DNA from: Geopsychrobacteraceae bacterium
GTDB taxonomy: Bacteria; Desulfobacterota; Desulfuromonadia; Desulfuromonadales; Geopsychrobacteraceae
NCBI GenBank assembly: GCA_963676795.2
Contig: CAXXTB010000001.1
Span: 1,184,001 to 1,248,000, forward strand
Length of the DNA stretch: 64,000 nt
Direction: 5' to 3'
In this document: piece after piece, positions 38,831 through 48,900 of the stretch
Position numbering within the stretch: position 1 is the first letter of the stretch
Layout of the letters: every line of letters starts with the position of its first letter
Notes under the pieces: model-generated
The model's database searches: none
Told to the model about the DNA's origin: nothing
Seen by the model: only the letters and a program-made list of their open reading frames with translations
Translations under genes and position numbers: made by a program

Positions 38831-41194
38831 ATGAATGCCCTGAACCGAAAACTGTTGCGGGATCTGTGGCGAATCAGGGGGCAGGCCTGCGCTATTGCTG
38901 CCGTGATCGGGGTCGGTGTGCTGCTGTTGGTCATGATGTCGGGGCTGGTGACTTCGCTCGATGAGACGCGGCGGGCCTATTACCAGCAATACCGGTTTGC
39001 CGATCTTTTTGCCCCGGTCAAGCGGGCGCCGAATCTTTTGCTCGAGCGGCTCGCCGCTATCCCCGGGGTAACCAGGGTGGATGGGCGGGTGGTCGGTCGT
39101 GCCCTTGTCGATCTGCCGGGCAGTGATGTGCCGTTCCAGGCCCGGGCGCTCTCGCGGCCGGTCGCGGGCGGGACGCCGCTCAACGATCTCTGTCTGACCG
39201 CCGGGCGTTTTCAGTTGAGCGATCAGGCCGGTGAAATCCTGCTGCTCGACAGTTTCGCCGCCGCTCACCAGCTTACTCCCGGCGACAGCCTGCTGGTGAC
39301 CATGAACGGTGTCCGCCAGCGCCTGTCGATTGTCGGTCTGGCCAGGGCCCCTGAGTTCCTTTATGCGACGGCTCCCGGTGAATTGATGTCGGACGCTTCG
39401 CGCTATGCCGTGATCTGGGCAAGCCGATCGCTGATGGAAGCGGTCTACGATATGGATGGCGCCTTCAATGAAGCCTTGGTCGCGTTTGGTGTCCAGGCCC
39501 GCAAGGCGGAAATTGTCAGGGCCGTCGATCGGCTGCTCGAACCCTACGGCGGCCTTGGGGCCTATGGCCGTGCAGAGCACAGTTCCAACCGTTTCATCAG
39601 TGATGAGATCGACGGCCTGCGGGCGACCAGCCGCTCTGTGCCGCCGATCTTCCTGGCCGTAGCGGCTTTTCTGCTCTATATCGTCGTATCGCGCATTGTC
39701 CAGGCCGAACGGGAACAGATCGGTCTGCTCAAGGCCTTCGGTTATACCGATCTGGAGGTCGGACTGCATTATTTCAGAATGATTCTCAGTATCGCCATTG
39801 TCGGCGCGCTGTTTGGTTGTCTGGCCGGCATCGCCGCCGGACGGGCGCTGATCCATCTCTATCTCGAATATTTCAAGTTTCCTTTTCTGCTCTTTCAGCT
39901 CAATCCCGGTTCCTTTATCACTGCGGTTCTGGTCAGTGTCGGAGCGGCCTCGGCCGGCGGGCTACTGATTCTGCGGCGCGTTTTTTTGCTGGCTCCGGCT
40001 GCGGCGATGCGGCCACCGGCCCCCACCGATTACAGCCGCCTGGGGGGCTTCGGCAGACGGCTTGCTGCCATCCTTGATCAGCCCTGTCGTATGGTCCTGC
40101 GCCGTTTCCTGCGTCAGCCGGTGCGCATGCTGGGTGCCATTGTCGGAATCGCGGCGGGGATGGCACTAGCCGTGGCAATGGCCGGTATCCTGGCCGGTTT
40201 TGAGCGGATGCTGGCACTTAATTTCGATGTCATTGACCGCAGTGATGTGACGGTCAGTTTCAGCGAGCCCCTGTCCGGGCGCGCGCTCTATGAGTTGCAG
40301 AGTCTCTCCGGTGTGATCAAAGCTGAACCGCTGCGCACTGTTCCCGTGGTGTTTCGCCATGGGCTGAACAGCTACCGAGGCGCGATCACGGCCTTGGCGT
40401 CCGGAGCGCAGCTGAACCGGGCGGTGGATAAGGATATGACCAGCATCAGGCTGCCGCAGCAGGGGCTGGTGCTGGCCCGGCCATTGGCCGAGATCCTGGC
40501 GGCCAGGCCCGGCGACCTGGTGGGGGTCGAGGTCCGGGAAGGGCGGCGGGAGCAGCTGCAGATTCCGGTCGCCGCAGTGGCTGAGACCCTGCTGGGGGCG
40601 CCGGCATTTATGGATCTCAGGGCGATCAGTCGGGCCCTCGGCGAAGCGGAGCGGATCTCCGCTGCACACCTGCGGATCGATTCCGCCCGCAGCGGGGAGA
40701 TCTACAACAGGTTGAAGAGAATGCCGGCCGTGGTCGGGGTCTCGCTGAAGCGCGATGCCCGTGCCGCATTGCAAAAGCAGATGGATAGCAGTACCGGGGC
40801 GACGCGCTTTATCATGGCAGCGATCGCCGCGGTTATCGCTTTCGGTGTTGTCTACAGTGCGGCCCGGATCGCATACGCGGAACAGGCACACGACCTGGCC
40901 GTGCTCAGGGTGGTCGGCTTCAGCAGGGGAGAGACTACCTTTGTGTTGCTCGGTGAACTGGCGCTGGTGGTGGTGCTGGCCCTGCCGGTCGGAGCGCTGC
41001 TGGGCTATCACCTCACCGCTGTGATTGCCGCTGCATACAGTACCGACCTCTACCAGATCCCGCTCTACTTCTCCCCGGCAAGTTATGCAACGGCGGCTCT
41101 TGTCATTCTGGCTTCTGCCGTCTTTTCCGGCTGGCTGGTTCAGCGCGACATGGAAAACGTTGACCTTGTCTCAGCCCTGAAAACCTCGGAATAG
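38831..41194 (+). CDS. ABC transporter permease (FtsX/MacB-like, duplicated)
   Basis: KLLRDLW; two FtsX-like segments (REQIGLLKAFG, HDLAVLRVVG). Confidence 0.92.
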   Translation: MNALNRKLLRDLWRIRGQACAIAAVIGVGVLLLVMMSGLVTSLDETRRAYYQQYRFADLFAPVKRAPNLLLERLAAIPGVTRVDGRVVGRALVDLPGSDVPFQARALSRPVAGGTPLNDLCLTAGRFQLSDQAGEILLLDSFAAAHQLTPGDSLLVTMNGVRQRLSIVGLARAPEFLYATAPGELMSDASRYAVIWASRSLMEAVYDMDGAFNEALVAFGVQARKAEIVRAVDRLLEPYGGLGAYGRAEHSSNRFISDEIDGLRATSRSVPPIFLAVAAFLLYIVVSRIVQAEREQIGLLKAFGYTDLEVGLHYFRMILSIAIVGALFGCLAGIAAGRALIHLYLEYFKFPFLLFQLNPGSFITAVLVSVGAASAGGLLILRRVFLLAPAAAMRPPAPTDYSRLGGFGRRLAAILDQPCRMVLRRFLRQPVRMLGAIVGIAAGMALAVAMAGILAGFERMLALNFDVIDRSDVTVSFSEPLSGRALYELQSLSGVIKAEPLRTVPVVFRHGLNSYRGAITALASGAQLNRAVDKDMTSIRLPQQGLVLARPLAEILAARPGDLVGVEVREGRREQLQIPVAAVAETLLGAPAFMDLRAISRALGEAERISAAHLRIDSARSGEIYNRLKRMPAVVGVSLKRDARAALQKQMDSSTGATRFIMAAIAAVIAFGVVYSAARIAYAEQAHDLAVLRVVGFSRGETTFVLLGELALVVVLALPVGALLGYHLTAVIAAAYSTDLYQIPLYFSPASYATAALVILASAVFSGWLVQRDMENVDLVSALKTSE

Positions 41195-41205
41195 GAACGC
41201 AAGTT

Positions 41206-42420
41206 ATGAAGATTTCACGAAAAGCTATCAGTGTGAGCAGCGTCTTCATCATCTGCGTGGTCCTGGTTTATGCGTTCTGGCCACGGCCGGTGATGGTTGA
41301 TACCGGTCTGGTCGAACGGCGTCCCATGGTCGTGGCCATCAGTGAAGAAGGACGAACCCGGGTCAGCGAGCTCTATGTCGTGTCGACACCGGTCTCCGGT
41401 TGTCTGCTCAGAACCGCCGTTAAGGTCGGGGATCGGGTGATTGCCGGTGAGACGCTGCTCGGCCGCCTGCTGCCGTCGGTCGTGGTACCGCTCGATGAAC
41501 GGGACCAGGCCCAGGCCCTGGCCGCCGTTGACGCCGCGCAAGCCGGCCTGCGTCAGGCTCTGGCCGGGCGCGAACGGGCCCGGGCCGACCGTGACCTGGC
41601 CGAACGTCAGCTGGCGCGTATGCGGGAATTGGTCAAGTCGGCATCGGTCAGCAAGACCGATCTTGATTACGCCGTACGCGAAGCGCAGACGGCGGCCGCG
41701 GCGCTGCAGGATGCTGCTGCAGCGATCGATCGGCAACGCGCTGAAGTTGCCCGCCTCCGTGCTCTGGTGAAAAACTACCGCGGCGAGTCCGCAGAGTCAG
41801 CGGTCGATCAGCCGTCAACCCCGATCCTGGCGCCGGTCAGCGGCCGTGTTTTACGCCTTCTGGAAAAGAGCGAGGCCTTGGTGGCAGGCGGCACGCCGTT
41901 GATGGAAATCGGCGATATCGATAAGGACCTTGAGGTTGTTGTCGAACTGCTCTCCGCCGACGCGGTCAGGGTGGCGGTGGGACAGCAGGTCGAGATCTTC
42001 GATTGGGGCGGAGCTGAGCTGTTGCATGGGACGGTCAGCCAGGTTGAGCCGGCCGGTTTTACCAAGCAGTCCGCCCTCGGTGTCGAGGAGCAGCGGGTCA
42101 AGGTCGTTGTCCGCTTTTCCGCCGACTCCGCAACAACGCCAGGGCTGGGCCACGGTTTCCGGGTCGAGACCCGGATTATTGTCTGGGAGGATCGGAACGC
42201 CCTGGCCGTTCCGGCCAGCGCCCTGTTCCGAACCTCCCGGGGCTGGGCGGTCTTTGTCGTTTCCGCCCACAGGACAAGCCTGCGTCAGGTTGAAATCGGT
42301 CGCAATAACGGAACAGACGCTCAGGTTCTGGGTGGACTGGCTGAGGGAGAACGGGTCGTGCTTTATCCTGCCGCCGGTTTGAGTGCCGGAACCCGGGTCA
42401 GGGAGCGGTCCGGTCGCTAG
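41206..42420 (+). CDS. efflux periplasmic adaptor (membrane fusion protein)
   Basis: N-terminal TM, coiled coil and FTKQSALGVEEQRV. Confidence 0.92.
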   Translation: MKISRKAISVSSVFIICVVLVYAFWPRPVMVDTGLVERRPMVVAISEEGRTRVSELYVVSTPVSGCLLRTAVKVGDRVIAGETLLGRLLPSVVVPLDERDQAQALAAVDAAQAGLRQALAGRERARADRDLAERQLARMRELVKSASVSKTDLDYAVREAQTAAAALQDAAAAIDRQRAEVARLRALVKNYRGESAESAVDQPSTPILAPVSGRVLRLLEKSEALVAGGTPLMEIGDIDKDLEVVVELLSADAVRVAVGQQVEIFDWGGAELLHGTVSQVEPAGFTKQSALGVEEQRVKVVVRFSADSATTPGLGHGFRVETRIIVWEDRNALAVPASALFRTSRGWAVFVVSAHRTSLRQVEIGRNNGTDAQVLGGLAEGERVVLYPAAGLSAGTRVRERSGR

Positions 42421-42648
42421 GAGCCTGTCGGGAAAGCCCACAGCTTTGGGATGCGGAGCCGCGTGTATTTTAAATCTTGAATTGTCGCGACCTGTCGCAG
42501 CGCAGAAAACTTGCTAAACTGTAGAGAGTGTCCGGCCTCATATCAAATCTGGACCAGTGTGAAGCGATCCCGGTGAAACTAAACGCTGACATTTTTTGCA
42601 GCTGATTGTATTCTTGCCTTCTGGAATCTGTTTGTCAGCGAACGGAGT

Positions 42649-44802
42649 ATGGATATCATGAGAAACTCAGAGAGTAGAGCTGTCGCCGACGCGAACGCCT
42701 TGAAGGTCTGTATCCTCTGGCATATGCATCAGCCCGACTACCGGGACCCGATCAGCGGGCAGACTCTGCTTCCCTGGACCTGGCTGCACGGGCTCAAAGA
42801 TTATACCGAGATGCTCGAAACGATCGCCGAGACGGGCGCCAGAGTCACGGTCAACCTGGTTCCTTCGCTGATCGAGCAGCTCGAGCGCTACGCCAACGGC
42901 AGTGATCGCGACAGCTGGCTCGACCTGGTGACCCGTTATCCCGAGTCGTTCAGCCAGGCCGAGCGGCGCTTTCTGGTCGAACATTTCTTTTCCGTCAATA
43001 TCGAAACCCAAGTCTACGCCAACCGCCGCTATCACCAGCTTTTTCAGCAGCGCGGCAACCTGAACGATCAGGATATCGAGCGCTATAGCGATCAGGACCT
43101 GCTCGACCTGCAGGTCTGGTTCCTGCTGGCCTGGACCGGTTCTCATCTGCGCCGCAAGAATCCGCTGGTCCAGGATCTGATCCGCCAGCAGCAGTCGTTC
43201 AGTCAGGTCCAGAAGCTGCAGCTGCTCGAGTTCTGTCATGCCGAGATCGCCCGGGTCCTCGATTTCCATCGCCGACTGGAAGAGGAGGGGCTGATCGAGA
43301 TCTCGGTCACGCCCTATGCGCACCCGATCCTGCCGCTGCTCTGCGATCTGCGTACCGCCAACGAGCCGAGCCCTGCGCTGCCGATCCCTGCGGTGAACTT
43401 CCGCTTTCCGCAGGATGCGCGGCTCCAGGTTCGCGAGGGGTTGAATACGGGTAAAAGGGTTTTCGGCGACCGGCCGCGCGGCATGTGGCCGGCAGAAGGG
43501 GCGGTCTCGGAAGCCGCGGCCCGCCTGCTCCATGAAGAGGGAGCCCAGTGGGCGGCGACCGATGAGGATATCCTGGCGCGCAGTCTCGACGGCGGTCTCA
43601 GTCCGCGCACCAAGCTCTACCAGGTTTATGAGTTCGAAGGCTTGCCGATGCTCTTCCGCGATCGGGAGATTTCCGACCGGATCGGCTTTCTCTACGCCGG
43701 CTGGAAGACCGAGGACGCACTCAAGGACCTGCATCAGCGCCTGAACTCTATCGCGCTGCAGTCTCCCGGCGGAACCGTCGCCATTATCCTCGATGGTGAA
43801 AACTGCTGGGAGCGTTATGCCGACAACGGTTATCCCTTTCTGCGTGACCTCTACCAGCGCATCAACAACGACCCGAAACTGGAGATGACGACCATCAGCG
43901 ATGCCCTGTCACGCAGTACGCCGGTCTCCTTGAAGCGGCTGGCCTCCGGCTCCTGGATCCGTTCCGACTTTACCACCTGGATCGGCCATCCTGAAGAAAA
44001 TCTGGCCTGGGAACTGCTCCATCAGGCGCGGACCGAATCGATCGATACCGAAGTCGATATTGCCCTTGAGAATCCCCAGGCCCCGCTCACTGACCTGGTC
44101 CGTGAGCTGCTGCGCGCTGAAGGGAGCGACTGGTTCTGGTGGTACGGTGATGAACATGTTACGGCCCAGGCCGATATCTTCGACCGGCTGTTCCGTCTGC
44201 ATCTGGAGGGGCTGTATCACACCAAGGGGCTTCCCGTCCCGGCGCGCCTGACCCAGTCGATCAAGCCGGTGAAGAAGCAGACGGCCGGTTTTGAACCGAC
44301 GGCCTGCTTTACCCCGCATATCGACGGTGACATCGGTGATTATTTCGAATGGCTGGCGGCGGGGCGGATCGACCTGGGGGCCGGAGGCTCGATGTATTCC
44401 AGTCGCGATACACTGGATGCCCTGCACTACGGCTATGATAGCTATAATCTCTACCTGCGTTTCGACCAGGCCCATTTGCTGGAACATCTGTGCGGGCGCC
44501 GCGGGCTGTTTGAAATCCGTATTTCTTCCAAAGAGATGCACCAGGTCCAGTTTTCCTTTGCCGATCAGTCGCTCAAGGTGATGCATCAGGGCGAAAAGAT
44601 CGCGACCGGTATGGCTGCCTGCGGAGAGGTGCTGGAGCTGGCCGTTCCGCTTGCTGCCCTGGAACTCAAGTCGAGTGAGGCGGTCAATATCAGTTGTCAT
44701 GCCCTGACTGGCGGTCGGGAGAATGGTCGCTGGCCGAGCGAGGGGAATGCCAGCCTGCGCTATCGCGGTGATGCGCTTGACGAAGAAAACTGGTCGGTCT
44801 GA
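42649..44802 (+). CDS. glycoside hydrolase family 57 (amylopullulanase-like)
   Basis: WHMHQP, HPILPL, GMWPAEG, ILDGENCWE and AEGSDWFWW. Confidence 0.93.
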   Translation: MDIMRNSESRAVADANALKVCILWHMHQPDYRDPISGQTLLPWTWLHGLKDYTEMLETIAETGARVTVNLVPSLIEQLERYANGSDRDSWLDLVTRYPESFSQAERRFLVEHFFSVNIETQVYANRRYHQLFQQRGNLNDQDIERYSDQDLLDLQVWFLLAWTGSHLRRKNPLVQDLIRQQQSFSQVQKLQLLEFCHAEIARVLDFHRRLEEEGLIEISVTPYAHPILPLLCDLRTANEPSPALPIPAVNFRFPQDARLQVREGLNTGKRVFGDRPRGMWPAEGAVSEAAARLLHEEGAQWAATDEDILARSLDGGLSPRTKLYQVYEFEGLPMLFRDREISDRIGFLYAGWKTEDALKDLHQRLNSIALQSPGGTVAIILDGENCWERYADNGYPFLRDLYQRINNDPKLEMTTISDALSRSTPVSLKRLASGSWIRSDFTTWIGHPEENLAWELLHQARTESIDTEVDIALENPQAPLTDLVRELLRAEGSDWFWWYGDEHVTAQADIFDRLFRLHLEGLYHTKGLPVPARLTQSIKPVKKQTAGFEPTACFTPHIDGDIGDYFEWLAAGRIDLGAGGSMYSSRDTLDALHYGYDSYNLYLRFDQAHLLEHLCGRRGLFEIRISSKEMHQVQFSFADQSLKVMHQGEKIATGMAACGEVLELAVPLAALELKSSEAVNISCHALTGGRENGRWPSEGNASLRYRGDALDEENWSV

Positions 44803-44876
44803 TATGTTGGAGCCGACTGAACCTGTGAACCGGATATCTCGTTATTCCGAAGCAAGGAAGGAAAGGACGCAAGCCT

Positions 44877-45914
44877 GTGTCTGAGTTGCGCTGGGACCCA
44901 CTAAAAGACGAATGGATCATACTGACACAGGGGCACAGTCGGAGGCCGCAGGATTTTACCCTGCGTCAGCCCGAAGAGAGTGACAGGGAGTGCCCCCTGT
45001 GCAGCGGGCGGGAGAACCTGACCTCTCCCGAACTCTATGCCTGGCGGCCGGGGGGGAGTGCGCCCAACCAGCCGGGCTGGAAGGTCCGGGTTATTCCCAA
45101 CCGTTCACCGGTGCTGCACGTTGAGGGGGAACTCGACAATCGGGCCGAAGGTCTCTACGACCTGATGAACGGGATCGGTGCCCATGAGGTTATTGTCGAA
45201 GCCCCGGAGCATCATGTTCAGATGGCCGACCTGAGCGTGGCCCATCTGACCGAAGTGCTCAAGGCCTACCGCTCGCGCATGCTTGACCTGCGCAACGATT
45301 TTCGTTTGCGTTACCTCTATGTTTTCAAGAACTTCGGCCGCGAGGCTTCGGCGAAACTCTGTCACTCCCATTCGCAGCTGATCGCGGTGCCGATGTTGCC
45401 GCCGTTGATCAAGAAAGAGCTCGACAATTGCCGGGACCACTACCATCGCAAGGAGCGCTGCCTGATCTGCGATCTGTTGCGTCAGGAACGCAAGGCCAAG
45501 GACCGGGTGATTATCGATGACGGCAAGTTTCTCGCCTACGCTCCCTATGCCTCGCGCTTTCCCTTTGAGACGCTGATCGCACCGCTGACCCATATGCACG
45601 ATTTCTGTCAACTCAGCGATCCGCAGTTGCAGCAGTTGGCCAGCGTGTTAAGATCTACCCTGTTGCGCATGCGCCAGGTGCTGCGCGATCCGGCCTATTC
45701 GTTCAGTCTACACAGCGCACCGCCGAGACATCGTCAGGGCGGGCAGTGTGCCGATTCGTCCGATCTGGCGGACTATTATCACTGGCATATTGAAATTCAT
45801 CCGAAACTGACTCAAAAAGCCGGCTTTGAATGGGGATCCGGGTTTCACATCAATCCGACCGCTCCGGAAGAGGCAGCGACCTACATGCGTAAGGTTAGCG
45901 TACGCGAGGATTGA
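44877..45914 (+). CDS. galT: GalT-like nucleotidyltransferase (HIT superfamily)
   Basis: SELRWDP, CPLC, GAHEVIVE, HSHSQL and YHWHIEI..AGFEWGSG. Confidence 0.88.
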   Translation: MSELRWDPLKDEWIILTQGHSRRPQDFTLRQPEESDRECPLCSGRENLTSPELYAWRPGGSAPNQPGWKVRVIPNRSPVLHVEGELDNRAEGLYDLMNGIGAHEVIVEAPEHHVQMADLSVAHLTEVLKAYRSRMLDLRNDFRLRYLYVFKNFGREASAKLCHSHSQLIAVPMLPPLIKKELDNCRDHYHRKERCLICDLLRQERKAKDRVIIDDGKFLAYAPYASRFPFETLIAPLTHMHDFCQLSDPQLQQLASVLRSTLLRMRQVLRDPAYSFSLHSAPPRHRQGGQCADSSDLADYYHWHIEIHPKLTQKAGFEWGSGFHINPTAPEEAATYMRKVSVRED

Positions 45915-45916
45915 TA

Positions 45917-48900
45917 ATGACCGAAATCATATTTCCTGAAGGCTGTTACCCTTTGGGAATCCAATGTGGACGACACTCCTGGGACAGCACCCATCTGACC
46001 TCTCAGTTTGCCCGTGATCCGCGCCCGGAAAAGACCTGGTTCCGCCATCTGCTGGCCGATTACCTGCGCCAGTTTTCACCCGACGCACTGACTGCTGCCG
46101 AACTCGAGCTGTGGGGCACCCTCAACCTGGTGCTCAAACAGATCGCCAGGGTTTTTCTGGAGCGCCGCGACAGCCGTTTTCTGGAGCGAAATCAGCTGGA
46201 GATCGCCGGAAAAAAACTCGATCTGGCGCCTTTTGAACAGGCCTTTCCCGCTTATATTCAGGGCTTTCCGGCTGTTCCGGTCGAACTGAAGAGCTGTGCC
46301 GGTGAAGAGCTGCAGCGGCTGATCAGCAAACGCCGGCAGCTCAGGGAGGTTCTGCTCGAACTGCTGTTGCTCTACATCCAGAAGGATAACCCGGCGCTGC
46401 AGACGGCGACGGCGTTGTTTGCTGCCGAGGAAGAGCAGCTCGACCGGCTGACCGGTTATCGTAAGTCTTTGCAGGAGCTCGATCTGGCGATTCCCGAGTT
46501 TGATGACGGTTTTGCCGGACAGCCGAACCGGTTGCTTCAGCGGTTGCTGGTGCCAATGCGTCGGGCCGGAACCCTCTATGAACAACTGCAGCTGCTGCGT
46601 AATATCTGGGGAACGATCCTGCCGGAGGAGCTGCTGACGCGGATCTCCACAGCGCTCATCCAGTATGAGCGGGAAGGGGTCATCCCCGGTTTTCCCGGCG
46701 AGCCACAGCTCGAAGCCCTCGACCCTGCGGCCTTTCAGGACGAGGAGCCGGTCAACTTTACTTTGGACACCGACTGGATGCCGCGCACGGTCCTGTTGGC
46801 CAAGTCGACCTATGTCTGGCTGGAACAGCTGTCGCTCAAGTACCGGCGGGAGGTGCGCACCCTCGACCAGATTCCCGACGTGGAACTGGATGAACTGGCG
46901 GCCAGCGGCTTCACCAGCCTGTGGCTGATCGGCATCTGGAAACGCTCCAGAGCATCGCTGAAGATCAAGAATCTCTGCGGCCAGCTTCAGGTTGCCGCGT
47001 CGGCCTACGCGATCGACGATTACCGCGTCGCCGCTGAGCTTGGCGGCGAAGAGGCCCTGGCTCATCTGCGCCGCCGCTGTCTGGTGCGTGGCATCGATCT
47101 GGCCTGCGATGTCGTCACCAATCATACCGGTATCGAATCGGCCTGGATGCATGAGCATCCGGACTGGTTCATCCAGTTGTCGCATCCGCCCTATCCCGGT
47201 TACCGCTTCAGCGGACCGGACTTGAGTGCTGATGCCAGCTACTCCATCCAGATCGAGGATGGCTACTACGATCACAGCGAAGCTGCCGTCGTCTGCCGTT
47301 ATCAGAATCGCTTCAGCGGAGAGGAGCGCTTCATCTATCACGGCAACGACGGCACCCATCTCCCCTGGAACGACACGGCCCAGCTCAATTACCTGCTGCC
47401 ACAGGTGCGCGAGGCGATGATCCAGCTGATCATCCGGGTTGCCAAAGATTTCCGCATTATCCGCTTCGATGCCGCCATGACCCTGGCCAAGCGCCATTTT
47501 CAGCGGCTCTGGTACCCGTTGCCCGGCGGCGGCGCGGGGGTACCGTCGCGTGAAGACCACGCCTTGAGCCACGAAGAGTTCAACCGCCTCTTTCCTGAAG
47601 AATTCTGGCGTGAGCTGGTCGACCGCATCCGCTCCGAGGCGCCGGATACCCTGCTGGTGGCGGAAGCCTTCTGGCTGATGGAAGGCTATTTCGTCCGCAC
47701 CCTGGGGATGCACCGGGTCTACAACAGCGCTTTCATGAACATGCTCAAGCATGAGGACAATGCCAAGTATCGCCAGACCCTGAAGAATATCCTTGCCTTC
47801 GATCCGGCGATCCTCCAGCGCTTTGTCAACTTCATGAGCAACCCGGACGAAAAGCCGGCGATCGAGCAGTTCGGTGACGGTGACAAGTATTTCTGTGTTG
47901 CGACCCTGCTGGCGACCATGCCTGGGCTGCCGATGTTCGGCCACGGGCAGATCGAGGGGTTCACCGAAAAATACGGCATGGAGTACCTGGCGCCGCGCTG
48001 GGACGAGCAGCCGAATTATGAGCTGATCGCGCGCCATCGCCGTCAGCTCTTTCCGTTGCTCAGGCGTCGTGCTCTGTTCAGCGGCTCCGAAGCTTTTCAG
48101 CTCTATGACTTTGTCTCGACCTATGGTGTCGAGGATGACGTCTATGCCTACAGCAACCAGCTCGGTGACGAACGGGTCCTGGTCCTGTGCAATAATTCTC
48201 CCAAGTCGATCTCCGGGCGGGTCGCCTCTCCTGTCGCCATGGAAGGGCGGGCTGGCCTCAGCGTTCAACAGGCCTGCTCGATCAACTGCTCGGGTGATTT
48301 CGTCCTGCTCCGTGACCGGGTCAGTGGCCTGCAGCAGCTGCAGCCGTCCCGGGCGCTCGGCGAAGGGGGTGCCTTTGACCTGGGGCCTTATGATCACCGG
48401 GTCCTGAGCGATTTCCAAACCCTCTACGATGGCGATGGCCGCTGGCAGACCCTCTGGCAACGCTTCGGCAACCAGGGGCGCCAGAACCTGTTCATTGAAC
48501 GGGATGCTCTGCTCATTGAAGATCTGTGGCAGCCCTGCTGGGCCCTGCTGGAGACGGTGTCGGAGTCCGAGGCTGAAGTTGAGGTCCAGATCAGCCATCT
48601 GCTGAGGCGTTATGATGAGGTCTTCTTCGATCCGGAATGGTTGCTCCAGGTTCTGATCTATTCAGGATTCGGCGTCGAACTCAAGGCCGCGGAGCGGCTT
48701 GAGTTGATGCATCTGTTTGAAAGCTGTCTGCCGCTCAGCGATGCCAGCCGTTACCGTCTGCTGGAACGGCTCTTCTCCTTCCGTTTTGTCCGCCGCTTGC
48801 TGAAATGCAATTACTACGATTACACCGACTGGTTCGGTTACGAAGAATTTCGCCTGCTCGTACAGGTTCTGCTCCAGCTGCAGCTGGCCCTGCTGAGCCG

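Noticed and set aside
46076..48598. 840-aa minus-strand ORF
   Set aside because: Antisense shadow of the GH13-GlgA gene; typical of GC-rich codon usage, no motifs
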